64,000 nt of DNA from an uncultured Rivularia sp. (GCA_963665115.1 OY762007.1:7360001-7424000); one strand, 5' to 3'. Positions 11,337-22,665 are shown, numbered from the stretch's first letter. Translations and numbers: made by a program. Notes: generated by a model from the letters alone, not told the origin.

Positions 11337-12444
11337 TAATTAATGTTGGTTTTGATTGGGCTTTAAAACTTTTAGAGTAGAATGGCACTGAAACAAGGTG
11401 GAAGTAAGTGGCTGTAAAGAATTTAAAGAATTTAGGTTTGTAGAATAAAGTAGTTAGGGATAGGGAACAACTAATTTGTGTAATCTTTAAGCGATTTAAG
11501 CGGTTTATGTTCCAAATATCCAATATTTTATCCGCAATGTCCTCAAACCACTAGAATTATCGGAGATAAATGAAAACCTTTCTACAGTTGATGTAGAGAG
11601 GCTTTTATTTTGTTTACTCTTAATCTTGAGCATTCTACTAAGATTATAAGTATTAATAGTGAATGAACTTGGAATCGCTCTCTCGGCATCAAATTTGCAT
11701 AAATGTAATCTAGTTTCCTTGACGCGATTTGAAAATGGTGGCAGTGTAATAGTTGTTTTCGTTAAGGTGATAGCTACGATCATTCTTTGCTGCTGTCGAA
11801 GTAAATGATGCAGTGTAATGTAATCTTTTTTCATCTCCTAAACCAACCTTCAGATAGAGCAGAAGAAGGAGTTGCAATAGCGAAAATACTGATGAGAAGA
11901 CAACCATGTAACTACAAATTGAGAATTAGCGATTCCGCAATATATTAATTTAGTAACTTCCACCCATGAGAAATCTCCGTAAGTTCGGTTATCCGGCTAT
12001 TTGGAGAGAACCGGATTGGCTTTTTTCGCGTCACTATAGATATATACATATCGGCTGCCGCGAAAAAACTACTTGTTCTCTTTTTTGGCAAACCGGCTCT
12101 TAATGCATTATAATGGGAAGATTTATATAATGACCCTTTACTATCGACAAAATTTGTCGTAATATTAGATTAAGTAAAACTCATACTGACTTCATATTTT
12201 AGCTGTCGCTATTGGCGATTGAGGAAAATAAATAAATTGTTGAAACCATAAAAATTTACTTCTAGGGGATTGATAAATAGGGGGAGGCAGAGGAACTGAT
12301 GGGGAAGTATCACCGTCTGAAAAGTCTCTGTATGAGTAGGGATTTAGGGAAGGCATTTCCGCCGGTTCCACCAATAGTATTTTCCATTCCCTCCCTAATT
12401 AATTAAATACTCATAGTATTTACGGAGTAGAGGAAAACGCACCA

Positions 12445-13429
12445 ATGCCCATTCAAAAAACTGTAACTGAGAAAGATAATACCAAGTTTACGGCTGATAT
12501 GGTGCGAACCTATCTGCGCGAGATTGGTAGAGTACCGTTGCTTACCCGCGAGCAAGAAATTATTTTCGGGAAGCAAGTACAAAAGATGATGAAGCTTATT
12601 GAAGCCAAAGAAGCTGCTTCTAAAAAGCTCGATCGTGAATTAAGTATAGAAGAGTGGAGTACAGAAGTTGATTTACCTGAAGCAGAACTGACAAAGACTG
12701 TTTTTGAAGGTAAACGCGCCAAGCAAAAGATGATTGAAGCGAATTTACGCTTGGTTGTGGCAATCGCCAAGAAGTACCAGAAGCGAAATATGGAGTTTCT
12801 GGATTTAATTCAGGAAGGAGCTTTAGGATTAGAGCGGGGTGTAGAAAAATTCGATCCGACTCGCGGCTATAAGTTCTCTACCTATGCTTACTGGTGGATT
12901 CGTCAAGCGATTACTCGTGCTATTGCACAGCAAGGTAGAACTATTCGCTTACCGATTCATATTACAGAGAAGCTGAACAAAATCAAAAAAGTACAGCGCG
13001 AACTTGCTCAGAAATTAGGGCGATCGCCATCTCCAACAGAAATTGCTAAGGAGTTGAGTCTGGAACCCGCACAGATTCGCGAGTACTTGAATATGGCTCG
13101 TCAACCAGTTTCTTTGGATGTGCGAGTTGGTGACAATCAGGATACCGAGTTGCAGGAAATGCTCGAAGATGACGGACCCTTCGCCAGAGTATTACACAAC
13201 TCAGGAGTTCTTACGTCAAGACTTGAACAACTTGTTAGCGGAACTTACTCCCCAACAACGGCAAGTTTTGGCTTTACGCTTCGGATTAACAGATGGAAAT
13301 GAAATGTCCTTAGCGAAAGTAGGCGAACGTTTAAGTCTCAGTCGTGAAAGAGTTCGTCAATTGGAACATCAAGCACTGGCTCATTTACGTCGCCGTCGTG
13401 CCAATGTTAAGGAATATGTTGCAAGTTAA
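12445..13429 (+). CDS. Group 2 sigma-70 factor (SigB-like); apparent +1 frameshift at about 13178
   Basis: DMVRTYLREIGRVPLL, ANLRLVVAIAKKY, DLIQEG, GYKFSTYAYWWIRQ. Region 4 (SRERVRQLE) is in the next frame; removing one base gives EDDGPSPEYY. Confidence 0.92.
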
Positions 13430-13457
13430 TAATAGTTCGATGTAACAATATTCCAAA

Positions 13458-13487
13458 CGCGCCTCCCATAAGGGGGGCGATTTTTTT
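13458..13487 (+). terminator. Probable intrinsic terminator after the sigma factor gene
   Basis: cgcctccc-ataa-ggggggcg stem followed by a T run. Confidence 0.7.
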
Positions 13488-14184
13488 CGCTAATCCCGCT
13501 TCCTATTCTCTGTTCCCTAAACTCATGTAATAAATGCATTTATTTTTTTATCGATAAAAGCCATTTACAACAATTAAAATAACTTAAATTCTCGTTATTA
13601 TTAAATTCTCATAACATATTGGATTGTAATCTAACATTAAAGTTCTATGTAATTTAATAGTATTCCCGTAAAGAATATGTAGGTAAATAATTTTTTTTAA
13701 TAAAGTATCTTGTTAAAACTGTCAAAAGATTGAGATGCGCTAACCCTGATGCATAAATGATTAATCACAAATTTTATTTAACTATTAATAAAAAGTTCAT
13801 CAATGCCTAAAACTGTTGAAAGTGCTGCGGACAATAGCTTTAGGATTCTAAAACTGCAAAAGGAATGACCAGCTTTTACAAATAAAAATATGTAAATAGA
13901 AGGATGAAAAAATTAAAAACGAAGTTTCTAATTACTTGTTTTTATAATTATTTGAGACTCTTCCCTTTCATCCTTCTGATTCAACCTTTGGGATGATCTG
14001 CGAATACTTATGCAATGGTAGTATAAAGTTGACCTACCAAAATCAAACAAAACTTTTAAGAACTTACGGTTTTTTAACCGGACAATATAAATTAGAGTTT
14101 TAGTAGTACTTTTAAATTCAAACGCGTAGTTAAATTTAAGACCTAATACGGAAAGAGAAACATATATATTAGAGGAGGAGTTGA

Positions 14185-14985
14185 GTGCTTAAAAATATTA
14201 AGAAAATTGTTCCACCCCGCCGTTTTGCACTTCCCTTACTGGGATTATTTCTAGCTATTGGTGCAGTAGGGCAACGCGCTCAACCAGTTCTATCCAAACA
14301 AATTGCTCGACTTCAAGCAACATCTCCATCGCAAACTCTGGATGAAGTTGCGGCAACCACTTGGATGGAAAAAAATTCCGAGATAAATCCCGAATCAATT
14401 TCTAAAGAAGCGCGATTGCGAAAGGTGTTAAGCAGTTCGTCTGCTGAGTCCCCATCTGACAGTGCGAGTGTATCTCCTGGCGAGACTTATACTTGGATAC
14501 AGCGAAATAGTTCTTCTAATTACGAAGATGTAACGCAAGAATTAGAAACTGTATCTCCCACTCAAGCAAGATTTTCTGAAAAGAAAGCATCTATAAAAGG
14601 AACCATACCTGCAAATAATTTTCCTAACGGTAATGGCGTATTTCTTTATGGGAGTTCGCAACGAGCCGGGGAATTTGGTAAAGGATATATCGTCTTTGAA
14701 AAACAAGCTGGTAAAGTTGTTGGCGGAATGTATATGCCTTCTTCCGAGTTCAACTGCTTTCAAGGGACTCTCGATCGCTCGGGAGAAATCGCGATGACAG
14801 TTAAAGGTTACGCTGGCGATGTTAACCCAACTCAAGTAGCTTCAATTAATGGGCTACCCAGACAAGATGAAAATGAATTAGCAAACTACGCTTATTCCGT
14901 TACATTGCAAGATTATTATCAACTTGATACCGTTGGTAAAGATGACCGAAATATTTTGCAAACCTGTAAAGCTAATTTTAAATAA
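14185..14985 (+). CDS. Conserved cyanobacterial exported hypothetical protein
   Basis: Strong RBS GAGGAGG and GTG start; signal peptide; C-terminal GVFLYG...GYIVFEK...SEFNCFQG block. Confidence 0.75.
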   Translation: MLKNIKKIVPPRRFALPLLGLFLAIGAVGQRAQPVLSKQIARLQATSPSQTLDEVAATTWMEKNSEINPESISKEARLRKVLSSSSAESPSDSASVSPGETYTWIQRNSSSNYEDVTQELETVSPTQARFSEKKASIKGTIPANNFPNGNGVFLYGSSQRAGEFGKGYIVFEKQAGKVVGGMYMPSSEFNCFQGTLDRSGEIAMTVKGYAGDVNPTQVASINGLPRQDENELANYAYSVTLQDYYQLDTVGKDDRNILQTCKANFK

Positions 14986-15082
14986 TTTTGGTTAGTTGAT
15001 AGTTAATAGTTGATAAACCGCGACCTGGGAATGAAAGTCCTTAAGTACCTTATAGCTATTAACCATTAACAACTAACCTTCT

Positions 15083-15748
15083 TTAATATTCAATTCCCGG
15101 CTGTGCTTTAATAGCTTGGTCGCGGAAAGGATGTTTAATTAAACTCATCTCAGTGACTAAATCGGCTCGCTCGATTAATGATTGAGGTGCGCCTCTACCT
15201 GTTAATATTACATGATTTCTTTCTGGTTTTTGTTCTAAGCCAGTTAGTACTTCTTCAACTCTTAAAAAACCAAGTTTGATAGCTATATTAATTTCATCTA
15301 ACAGTACTAACTTATACTCTGGATTGCGGATATATTCCAACCCTTTATCCCATGCTGCTTGGGCTTTTTCAATATCGCGATCGCGGTCTTGAGTTTCCCA
15401 GGTAAATCCTTCACCCATTGCATGAAAAACTAGCTGACCATTTTCCTTCCAAGCACTAAATGCTTTTTTTTCAGAAGGTTCCCAAGCACCTTTAATAAAC
15501 TGAATAATCGCCACTTTATAACCGTGTCCGAGGGAACGCAACACCATTCCTAACGATGCCGTTGTTTTTCCCTTGCCATTACCAGTATTGACAACAATTA
15601 AACCTTTTTCGAGAGAAGCGTCTGCGATTCTTTGGTCTTGCACTTCTTTACGCCGCTGCATTTTTTTACGATACTGTTCTGCCGTTAGCGATTTACTTTC
15701 CGCAACGTTTACGTCAGATGTAGTATCTGAATTCTGATTATCTTCCAT
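15083..15748 (-). CDS. cobO: Cob(I)yrinic acid a,c-diamide adenosyltransferase
   Basis: TGNGKGKTT, QFIKG, GEGFTW, LDEIN, LTGR, KHPF...AQPGIEY. Confidence 0.95.
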   Translation of the reverse strand: MEDNQNSDTTSDVNVAESKSLTAEQYRKKMQRRKEVQDQRIADASLEKGLIVVNTGNGKGKTTASLGMVLRSLGHGYKVAIIQFIKGAWEPSEKKAFSAWKENGQLVFHAMGEGFTWETQDRDRDIEKAQAAWDKGLEYIRNPEYKLVLLDEINIAIKLGFLRVEEVLTGLEQKPERNHVILTGRGAPQSLIERADLVTEMSLIKHPFRDQAIKAQPGIEY

Positions 15749-16052
15749 AATACCCTGTATTTCAGTTAAAAGTTCTAAAATCTTTTACAATTTCTAAAAT
15801 TTGTTTTTAGGTAAAAGAACCTATTCTTATATTTGATTTTAACTATCTTTATCAAAAAAACACTGTTAATTAAAGGTTATTAACAGCTTTTTATCGTAGG
15901 TTAAAAGTAGATAAAAAAACTATTGCCGATCTATATTGATGATTGAGAAAATGGAGTACTAATTGTGACATTAAAACGAGTCAAAAAAAATTAAAGTTTT
16001 AAAATTACTGAGATAGAAACAATCAAACTACCTTCCAAAATTAGTTTTTTTT

Positions 16053-16913
16053 ATGAAGTTAAGTGTTGTGATTCCATGCTTTAATGCTGCTGACACTATT
16101 GCGGCTCAATTAGAAGCCCTGACTAAACAGCAATGCTCGGAACCTTGGGAAATTATTATTGCTGACAACGGCTCAACAGATGAAACCCCAAATATTGTAA
16201 AGCAATATCAGCAGAATTTACCTAACCTACGTATAGTTGATGCATCAACCGTCAAAGGTTCTGCTCATGCTCGTAATGTAGGTGCAAGTGTAGCAATATC
16301 CTCAAATTTAGCATTTTGCGACGCGGATGATGAAATAACCCCAGGATGGGTAGCAGCGATGATCGAAGCACTCTCAAAACATGACTTTGTAGCTGGTAGT
16401 AGCGATTATTCAAAATTAAACGAACCGTGGATAATAAAGTGCTGTGGAGTCAGAGAAGCTAACGGAATCAAAGATTATGTCTATTTTCCTTATGCAGCAG
16501 GAAATAACCTTGGTATTAAGCGTTCGATTCACGATCGAGTTGGTGGTTTCGATGAAACGATGCTGTTACTCCAAGATATAGATTACTGCTGGAGAGTACA
16601 AAAAACTGGCATTAAATTGGAATCCGCATCAAACGCAGTGATTTATTTTCGATTTCGCAATACTGTAAAAGGTATGTACCGTCGATGTTGGAGATTAGCT
16701 TGTTACGATATTTTGCTGCATCAAAAACATCAAAAAATGGGAATGCCTAAATTAATAAAATGGCGTAATTTTTCTAAAGATGCTGTAATTCTTCCTCTAA
16801 AATTTCTAGTTAAAGTCCGCGATAAAGAAAGTTTTATCAGATGGTTATTAGATTTGGCCTGGTTGGGAGGACATTTGCAAGGTTCTATTAAGCATAAATA
16901 CTTAATTCTTTGA
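16053..16913 (+). CDS. Glycosyltransferase family 2
   Basis: SVVIPCFN, DNGSTD, ARNVG, FCDADD, GGFDE, QDIDY. Confidence 0.92.
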   Translation: MKLSVVIPCFNAADTIAAQLEALTKQQCSEPWEIIIADNGSTDETPNIVKQYQQNLPNLRIVDASTVKGSAHARNVGASVAISSNLAFCDADDEITPGWVAAMIEALSKHDFVAGSSDYSKLNEPWIIKCCGVREANGIKDYVYFPYAAGNNLGIKRSIHDRVGGFDETMLLLQDIDYCWRVQKTGIKLESASNAVIYFRFRNTVKGMYRRCWRLACYDILLHQKHQKMGMPKLIKWRNFSKDAVILPLKFLVKVRDKESFIRWLLDLAWLGGHLQGSIKHKYLIL

Positions 16914-17210
16914 GTTATTTAGTAATTATAGAAACGAGAGCAATTGCATCGTAGACGTGAACATTTGATAATTTTGGCAAGCTATAGATACCTTTTTAAT
17001 TGATTGGCATACCGGTAGTTATGAGTATAAATATTAACTTTGCTGTTGATAGCGAAATTTACAGGTGGGGAACCACCACCCGATATTTCCTCATAACTTT
17101 AAATTACGAACTAAAAATTATTCCCTCCCCATAAGTTGACCCTTATGTTATACTTACCGAGGAGAATAGAATTCGGTAGACAGCGTTTGTTTTTAGTATT
17201 CACAGACTTA

Positions 17211-17251
17211 TCTCCGAAATGTAAATCTCTACACACTAATGATTTCGGAGA
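17211..17251 (+). promoter_or_regulatory. 5' UTR hairpin covering the rbp ribosome binding site
   Basis: tctccgaaat (17211-17220) is the exact reverse complement of atttcggaga (17242-17251), which contains the GGAG RBS. Confidence 0.65.
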
Positions 17252-17257
17252 CGATCC

Positions 17258-17560
17258 ATGTCGATTTACGTAGGTAACCTTTCTTACGACGTTACAGAGG
17301 AAAATTTGAATGCCGTTTTTGCAGAATATGGCACTGTAAGACGAGTTCAAATTCCCACAGACCGCGAAACAGGTAGAGTGCGCGGTTTTGGCTTTGTAGA
17401 AATGAATTCAGAAGATGAAGAAGCAGCGGCTATCGAAGCTCTCGATGGTGCTGAATGGATGGGACGCGACCTTAAAGTTAATAAGGCAAGACCCAGAGAG
17501 CAAAGAAATTCCTTCGGAGGAGGAGGCAACCGTAGGAATAATTTTAACAACCGCTACTAA
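17258..17560 (+). CDS. rbp: RRM RNA-binding protein (cyanobacterial Rbp family)
   Basis: SIYVGNLSY (RNP2), RGFGFVEM (RNP1), Gly/Asn-rich tail. Confidence 0.96.
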   Translation: MSIYVGNLSYDVTEENLNAVFAEYGTVRRVQIPTDRETGRVRGFGFVEMNSEDEEAAAIEALDGAEWMGRDLKVNKARPREQRNSFGGGGNRRNNFNNRY

Positions 17561-17840
17561 GGTTTATCTATATTAGCTTTAACAGCTAATTACCTTATCT
17601 AGTTCATAAAATTGATTTACTTGTCACTCAGGCGAGATTGCTTGGGTTTTTTGATGGAGAAAGATATTACCTCTAATTATCTGCTCTATCTTAATTAAGA
17701 ATTTAAAAACCCGGTTTTTCCTAAAAACCGGGTTTTTATATTGGTTTTAGCGGATAAAACATAAAGGATCGGGATGGTTTACTTCGCCGCTGTTTGGAAC
17801 ACTATAGCGGTTTGGACGGAAAACCGCGATATATTTTCCG

Positions 17841-18548
17841 TTATTGCTGGGTGAGTACTAAATTTGCAGTTGTAATCTTTGTCTGAGCCAAAGTTGCTTC
17901 CAATAAAGGTTTGCCAAATTGCTTCACTTCTTCGACCAAAACTTCTCCAGCATTTTCCGGGCAACCTGCATCAAAGGGTGGTGCGGGGTTATATTCCAAT
18001 AAAAGCTGAATTTTTTTTGCAGTTTCCTCTCCACAAAGTTGACTAACAACCACTAGCCCAAAGTCAATACCAGCAGTTACACCACCACCTGTAATTCTGT
18101 TTCCATCAACCACAACTCTTTGGGTTCCAACTTCTACTCCCAACATTGCCAAATATTCGCGAAATAACCAATGACAACCAGCGCGATAACCTGGTAGTAA
18201 ACCGGCAGCAGCGAGAATTAAAGAACCAGTACATACAGAAGTGATATATTTGACTGTTTCAGATTGTTGTTTTAAAAATTCTAGAACTTCCGAATCTGCC
18301 ATTGTTTCTACGGTACCCATCCCACCACCAGGAACACAAATAACATCCAATTGCGGACATTCATCGAAGGTAGTTGTCGGTAAAATTGTTAATCCCTCAC
18401 CACTGGTTACGGGTTCTAAATTCTTCCACAACATATGTACCCGAGCTTCAGGAATAAAAGAAAATACTTGATGCGGTGCAGTTATATCAAGCTGAGTCAT
18501 TCCTGGGTAAATAACTAAGCCGATGTGATATTTAGGTTGATTTGTCAT
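17841..18548 (-). CDS. DJ-1/PfpI family protein (isonitrile hydratase-like)
   Basis: QLDITAP, CVPGG, SVCTGS, GGGVTAGIDF, LEYNPAPPFDAG. Confidence 0.9.
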   Translation of the reverse strand: MTNQPKYHIGLVIYPGMTQLDITAPHQVFSFIPEARVHMLWKNLEPVTSGEGLTILPTTTFDECPQLDVICVPGGGMGTVETMADSEVLEFLKQQSETVKYITSVCTGSLILAAAGLLPGYRAGCHWLFREYLAMLGVEVGTQRVVVDGNRITGGGVTAGIDFGLVVVSQLCGEETAKKIQLLLEYNPAPPFDAGCPENAGEVLVEEVKQFGKPLLEATLAQTKITTANLVLTQQ

Positions 18549-18650
18549 ATTGATTTTGGATTTTGAAAGGCTTCTTATTTACTATGCTAAAAATGACATC
18601 AAAATTTGCATAGTCCCCCTCAACTGGGTACACTTTTAATTTTTAGTTAA

Positions 18651-19376
18651 ATGACGAATTCTCTATACAATTTATTTCACGTCATAGCTACGGCAGAAAA
18701 CGAACATCAATTGCGAATGCGCTTCATGGATAATATTGGCGAGCATTTTGGCGTTCAGCGTTGGGGAATTTATATGTTTAACGAAAATTCTTCCTACGAC
18801 GCAGTTGAAGTTTATGGTATGCCAAATGTCGATAATTTTGTAGAACTTTATGCAGAAGTTGGTCGTAATATTGACCCGGTGCTACGTTATGTCACCGAAC
18901 GTCATGCACCTGCCCATGAAGAAATGGTTTTACCTGCGGGGGGTTGGAAGCAATGCGAACTTTATCAAAATTGTTGTGCTTATTACGACCACGAACATAT
19001 CATGACAGGACCGATTGTAGGTAGAGGAAAACTCATCGGCGCGATTCATTTTGCTCGAATTGGCGAAACACCTGCATTTAACTATCAAGATATTGCTGAT
19101 TTGAGCAGCGTTTGCATTCATCTCTCAGCCAGTATCGCAGCTCTAAAAACTCAACGAAATATATTTACTTCAGCCTCTTCCAATCTTTTAACACCCCGCG
19201 AAATTCAAATAGCCCAATTAGTTGCACGAGGATTGACTAACAAAGAAATTGGTACAGAACTTTGGATTACCCAAAACTCAGTAAAACAAGCTTTGAAAAG
19301 GATGTTTCGTAAACTGCAAGTTTTTTCACGTACTGAAATGGTATCAAAATTGCAAGATATCCTGAATTCGCCTTAA
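18651..19376 (+). CDS. LuxR-family regulator with GAF-like N-terminus, divergent from the DJ-1 gene
   Basis: C-terminal LTPREIQIAQLVARGLTNKEIG HTH. Confidence 0.9.
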   Translation: MTNSLYNLFHVIATAENEHQLRMRFMDNIGEHFGVQRWGIYMFNENSSYDAVEVYGMPNVDNFVELYAEVGRNIDPVLRYVTERHAPAHEEMVLPAGGWKQCELYQNCCAYYDHEHIMTGPIVGRGKLIGAIHFARIGETPAFNYQDIADLSSVCIHLSASIAALKTQRNIFTSASSNLLTPREIQIAQLVARGLTNKEIGTELWITQNSVKQALKRMFRKLQVFSRTEMVSKLQDILNSP

Positions 19377-19557
19377 TGAAGTTGTAGGCAGTAAGTGATA
19401 CTTATAAAAAAAATATGTTTGATTAGAAGATTGTATCCTAATTTACTTGTTCTCAACTTTAGTGTTTGTAAAAATCGTCAAAATTAGGATAATTATTTCT
19501 GCTCTTAATCGGGTATTATGGTTTCTCCGCGTAATCCAAATTAACTAATTTTTTATT

Positions 19558-19779
19558 ATGCCTACTGAATTAATTGTTTTAATTGCTGCAATCATTGTCG
19601 CTTGGTTAGTTTTCCAGGCTTTATTAAAGGTACTCAAAACTACTTTTAGTACGGCGATCGCTGTTTTTATAATTGTGATTTTTCTGGGTATTTTCGGTGT
19701 CGGTTCTGAAGACTTGATTCAAGAAATAACCAATCTACCTGAAACTTTGATGCGCCTATTCACGAATACACAATCGTAA
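19558..19779 (+). CDS. Small two-TM membrane protein
   Basis: 73 aa with two hydrophobic helices. Confidence 0.75.
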   Translation: MPTELIVLIAAIIVAWLVFQALLKVLKTTFSTAIAVFIIVIFLGIFGVGSEDLIQEITNLPETLMRLFTNTQS

Positions 19780-19807
19780 ATAGGCATTTAGTCTGTTGCA
19801 ACGCCGT

Positions 19808-21181
19808 TTATTTTTTGATCAAAATATATGCTTTAGCGTAGGTTGGTAATTGCTTGATATACCGATTGAAACTGGCTTTACTTTTGAAAATACCCGCCAG
19901 GAAATCGAGTTGATGAAAGTTAGGTAAAAACGCACCACCTGTATCTGCAACTACTCCCATTCTTAAGTGCCTGCGTCCATTTTTCATATACTCGATAACA
20001 ACCATTCTACCCAAACCAACATTCAGTACATCCCCTGCGAAAGTTACTCCAGCTTTAATAGGTATCTTTTCGTCAATTTTATAGCCGTAACCTTTAATAT
20101 CTTTTACTTCTTTAAAATACCAATAACGCTTTTGTAAACGTCTGTTTATTCCTCTCACATAGGGAATTTCATTACTTCTATCTACGTTAAAATAAGCAGA
20201 AGAACCACCACCTAAATCAACTAGTATTGTTCCCTCCATTAAAGCTTCTTCTAAACCTTCTCTACTCATATAAACGATAGGTTTAACTTTGCCAAATTCC
20301 TTTCCACCAGGTTCATAAATACCCGACAATACATCTTGTTTGGTATATTGAGTGTAAAATTTATCTGTTAGAGGGATATCTTGAAGACTGTAAAGAGGTA
20401 TATTGAATTTAGCAGTTTTCTTACGAGAACCAGGATGAACGAATACAGCGTATTTGGTAATTCGTAAATTTTTGCGTCGGGGTTGTTTGGGATTATAAGC
20501 AGACCATTTAATTACCCTAAAATTAGAGTTGATAAAATTTGGGTCTTGTAAACGAGTTGGGCGATTATTGGCAATATCTTCTTGCAATACAGCAATCATA
20601 AAATCAAGAGTTTTTGTAATATCTTCTATAGATACTCCTTGAGTTCCAAGTACCCCCGGACGTAAAATATTTGGATCATCATTTGCATGGTCTTGATAAT
20701 ATTCTCTCGTATTAACTAAAGTCGCTAGTAAATCTTTTTGATTGAAACTTACTTTATTGCTGCTAGGTAATTTGGCAGGACTAAAAAGCTTATTGCCATT
20801 AATGCTGTATTGATATTTTTTTAATTCGTCAATAACCCTGTAAACCTGCGATATTAGCTGAGGTTGATATAAATTATTTGTTAACCCAGTTGTTGATGGG
20901 ATAGTTTGACAAGGAATAGAGCTATTTTGATTGCAAGATGCCGTTTGAAACGCGAAATTTGGAGTTAGCTTCAGACTTGAATTCGTTAAATTATCTCGTT
21001 TGGGTACGGTAGAAACTTTTTGCTGTTTAAAAGATATATTTTTTATGTTTGCTAGAGAATTATTATTTTGAGTCAACTGCTGATTTTCTGATAAACCATA
21101 AGCATAGCCACTTAGACTACCAGCTAACAAAAAACTAGACAAACCTACTACAAAACGCATTTTAGGAATTAACATCTTCAT
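19808..21181 (-). CDS. MltA/3D-domain-like exported protein (putative lytic transglycosylase)
   Basis: Signal peptide; C-terminal VADTGGAF...LDFLAG resembles the 3D domain. Confidence 0.6.
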   Translation of the reverse strand: MKMLIPKMRFVVGLSSFLLAGSLSGYAYGLSENQQLTQNNNSLANIKNISFKQQKVSTVPKRDNLTNSSLKLTPNFAFQTASCNQNSSIPCQTIPSTTGLTNNLYQPQLISQVYRVIDELKKYQYSINGNKLFSPAKLPSSNKVSFNQKDLLATLVNTREYYQDHANDDPNILRPGVLGTQGVSIEDITKTLDFMIAVLQEDIANNRPTRLQDPNFINSNFRVIKWSAYNPKQPRRKNLRITKYAVFVHPGSRKKTAKFNIPLYSLQDIPLTDKFYTQYTKQDVLSGIYEPGGKEFGKVKPIVYMSREGLEEALMEGTILVDLGGGSSAYFNVDRSNEIPYVRGINRRLQKRYWYFKEVKDIKGYGYKIDEKIPIKAGVTFAGDVLNVGLGRMVVIEYMKNGRRHLRMGVVADTGGAFLPNFHQLDFLAGIFKSKASFNRYIKQLPTYAKAYILIKK

Positions 21182-21353
21182 AAGATTCTGTTGTTCACCA
21201 AATTGATATACCAGGAAAAATCGAATAGGTCAAAGGTTAAAACTTTTCACTCTCAACTTTTAACTCTTAACTGATTACTTTTTCTTCCCCCTCTCTAACT
21301 TCATGGAGCAAAAATACTTCATAATATATAAAAGTTCGCTCTCATAAATCACG

Positions 21354-22148
21354 ATGTATTTAACTTACTTAGACAGCAACAGCTGGTTAATTGAAATTGG
21401 GGGTCAAAATATATTGATCGATCCTTGGCTGGTTGGTTCCCTAACTTTCGCTAATTTAGATTGGCTGTTCAAAGGTTCTCGTCCTCAAGAACGTCCCATA
21501 CCAGAAAAAATTGACCTGATTTTACTATCTCAGGGTTTGGAAGATCACGCTCATCCACCAACGTTAAAGCAACTCAAGCGCGATATTCCCGTTGTCGCTT
21601 CTGAAAATGCGGCTAAAGTTGTGAATCAATTAGATTACCAACAGGTGAATTCGCTTGCTCACGGTGAAACTTTTACTCTCAACGGCAGTGTCGAAATTAC
21701 AGCTACTCCCGGTTCTCCCATAGGTCCGACTTTAGTTGAAAACGGATATTTGCTTAAAGAACTTGAAACCGGCTTTACTCTTTACTACGAACCTCACGGT
21801 TATCATTCTGAATTGCTGAAAAAATCCGCTCCCATTGATGTTGTCATCACCCCATTGATAGATTTAGGCTTGCCACTCATCGGACCAATTATTAAAGGTA
21901 AAGAAAAAGCTTTAGAAGTCGCTCAATGGCTGGAACCCCAAATAATGTTACCGACGGCCGCTGGTGGTGATATAACCTTTGAAGGATTGCTAATGAACTT
22001 TATTAAACCAGAAGGAACCGTTGAAGAATTTAGTTCCTTGTTACAGCAACATAATATATCAGCCCAAGTACTCGAACCAAAAAGTGGAGAGCGGACTTTA
22101 TTAGATTTGAAAAAGCGAGCAGTTTTGGGAGTAGGGAGTAGCAAGTAG
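21354..22148 (+). CDS. MBL-fold metallo-hydrolase
   Basis: SNSWLIE, ILIDPWL, SQGLEDHAHPPT. Confidence 0.88.
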   Translation: MYLTYLDSNSWLIEIGGQNILIDPWLVGSLTFANLDWLFKGSRPQERPIPEKIDLILLSQGLEDHAHPPTLKQLKRDIPVVASENAAKVVNQLDYQQVNSLAHGETFTLNGSVEITATPGSPIGPTLVENGYLLKELETGFTLYYEPHGYHSELLKKSAPIDVVITPLIDLGLPLIGPIIKGKEKALEVAQWLEPQIMLPTAAGGDITFEGLLMNFIKPEGTVEEFSSLLQQHNISAQVLEPKSGERTLLDLKKRAVLGVGSSK

Positions 22149-22390
22149 GGAGTAGTAAGTAGGGAGTAGCAAGTAGGGAGTAGCAAGTAGGGAGTAGTAA
22201 GTAGGGAGTAGTAAGTAGGGAGTAGTAAGTAGGGAGTAGTAAGTAGGGAGTAGGGAGTAGGGAGTAGTAAGTAGGGAGTAGTAAGTAGGGAGTAGTAAGT
22301 AGGGAATAGCAAGTAGGGAGTAGTAAGTAGGGAGTAGTAAGTAGGGAGTAGTAAGTAGGGAGTAGGGAGTAGTAAGTAGGGAGTAGGGAT
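22127..22390 (+). repeat. Long STRR array of AGTAGGG/AGTAGTA heptamers (mostly 14 bp units)
   Basis: Directly visible; supplies the last codons of the upstream gene. The same repeat family recurs at 23468-23530. Confidence 0.97.
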
Positions 22391-22665
22391 TATGGGAATA
22401 GTTTTTAAGTTAACGAGCAAAAAAGAATATTAAGTGATAATCTAGCGTCCAGGTACTAAAGAACTTAACTTTATACAAGTACTAATATTATTGATTAGCG
22501 ACCAGTTAATATTTAACTTGGTCTATTTTTGTTTTCTATAGCATTTATCTGTTCCCTATGCCCTTGATAATTGTTCTAGAATACAGTCATTTCTCAATAA
22601 ATCTGTTAAATATTTATACAACTAGATTGAACTCTACTTATTCGTAATTGTTACAGGAATCTCTC

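Noticed and set aside
11326..11907. Three overlapping minus-strand ORFs (65-109 aa)
   Set aside because: No recognisable motif; not supportable as genes, though a decayed gene cannot be excluded.
21923..22420. 165 aa minus-strand ORF (PYLLLPT repeats)
   Set aside because: Translation of the STRR array plus antisense of the MBL gene.
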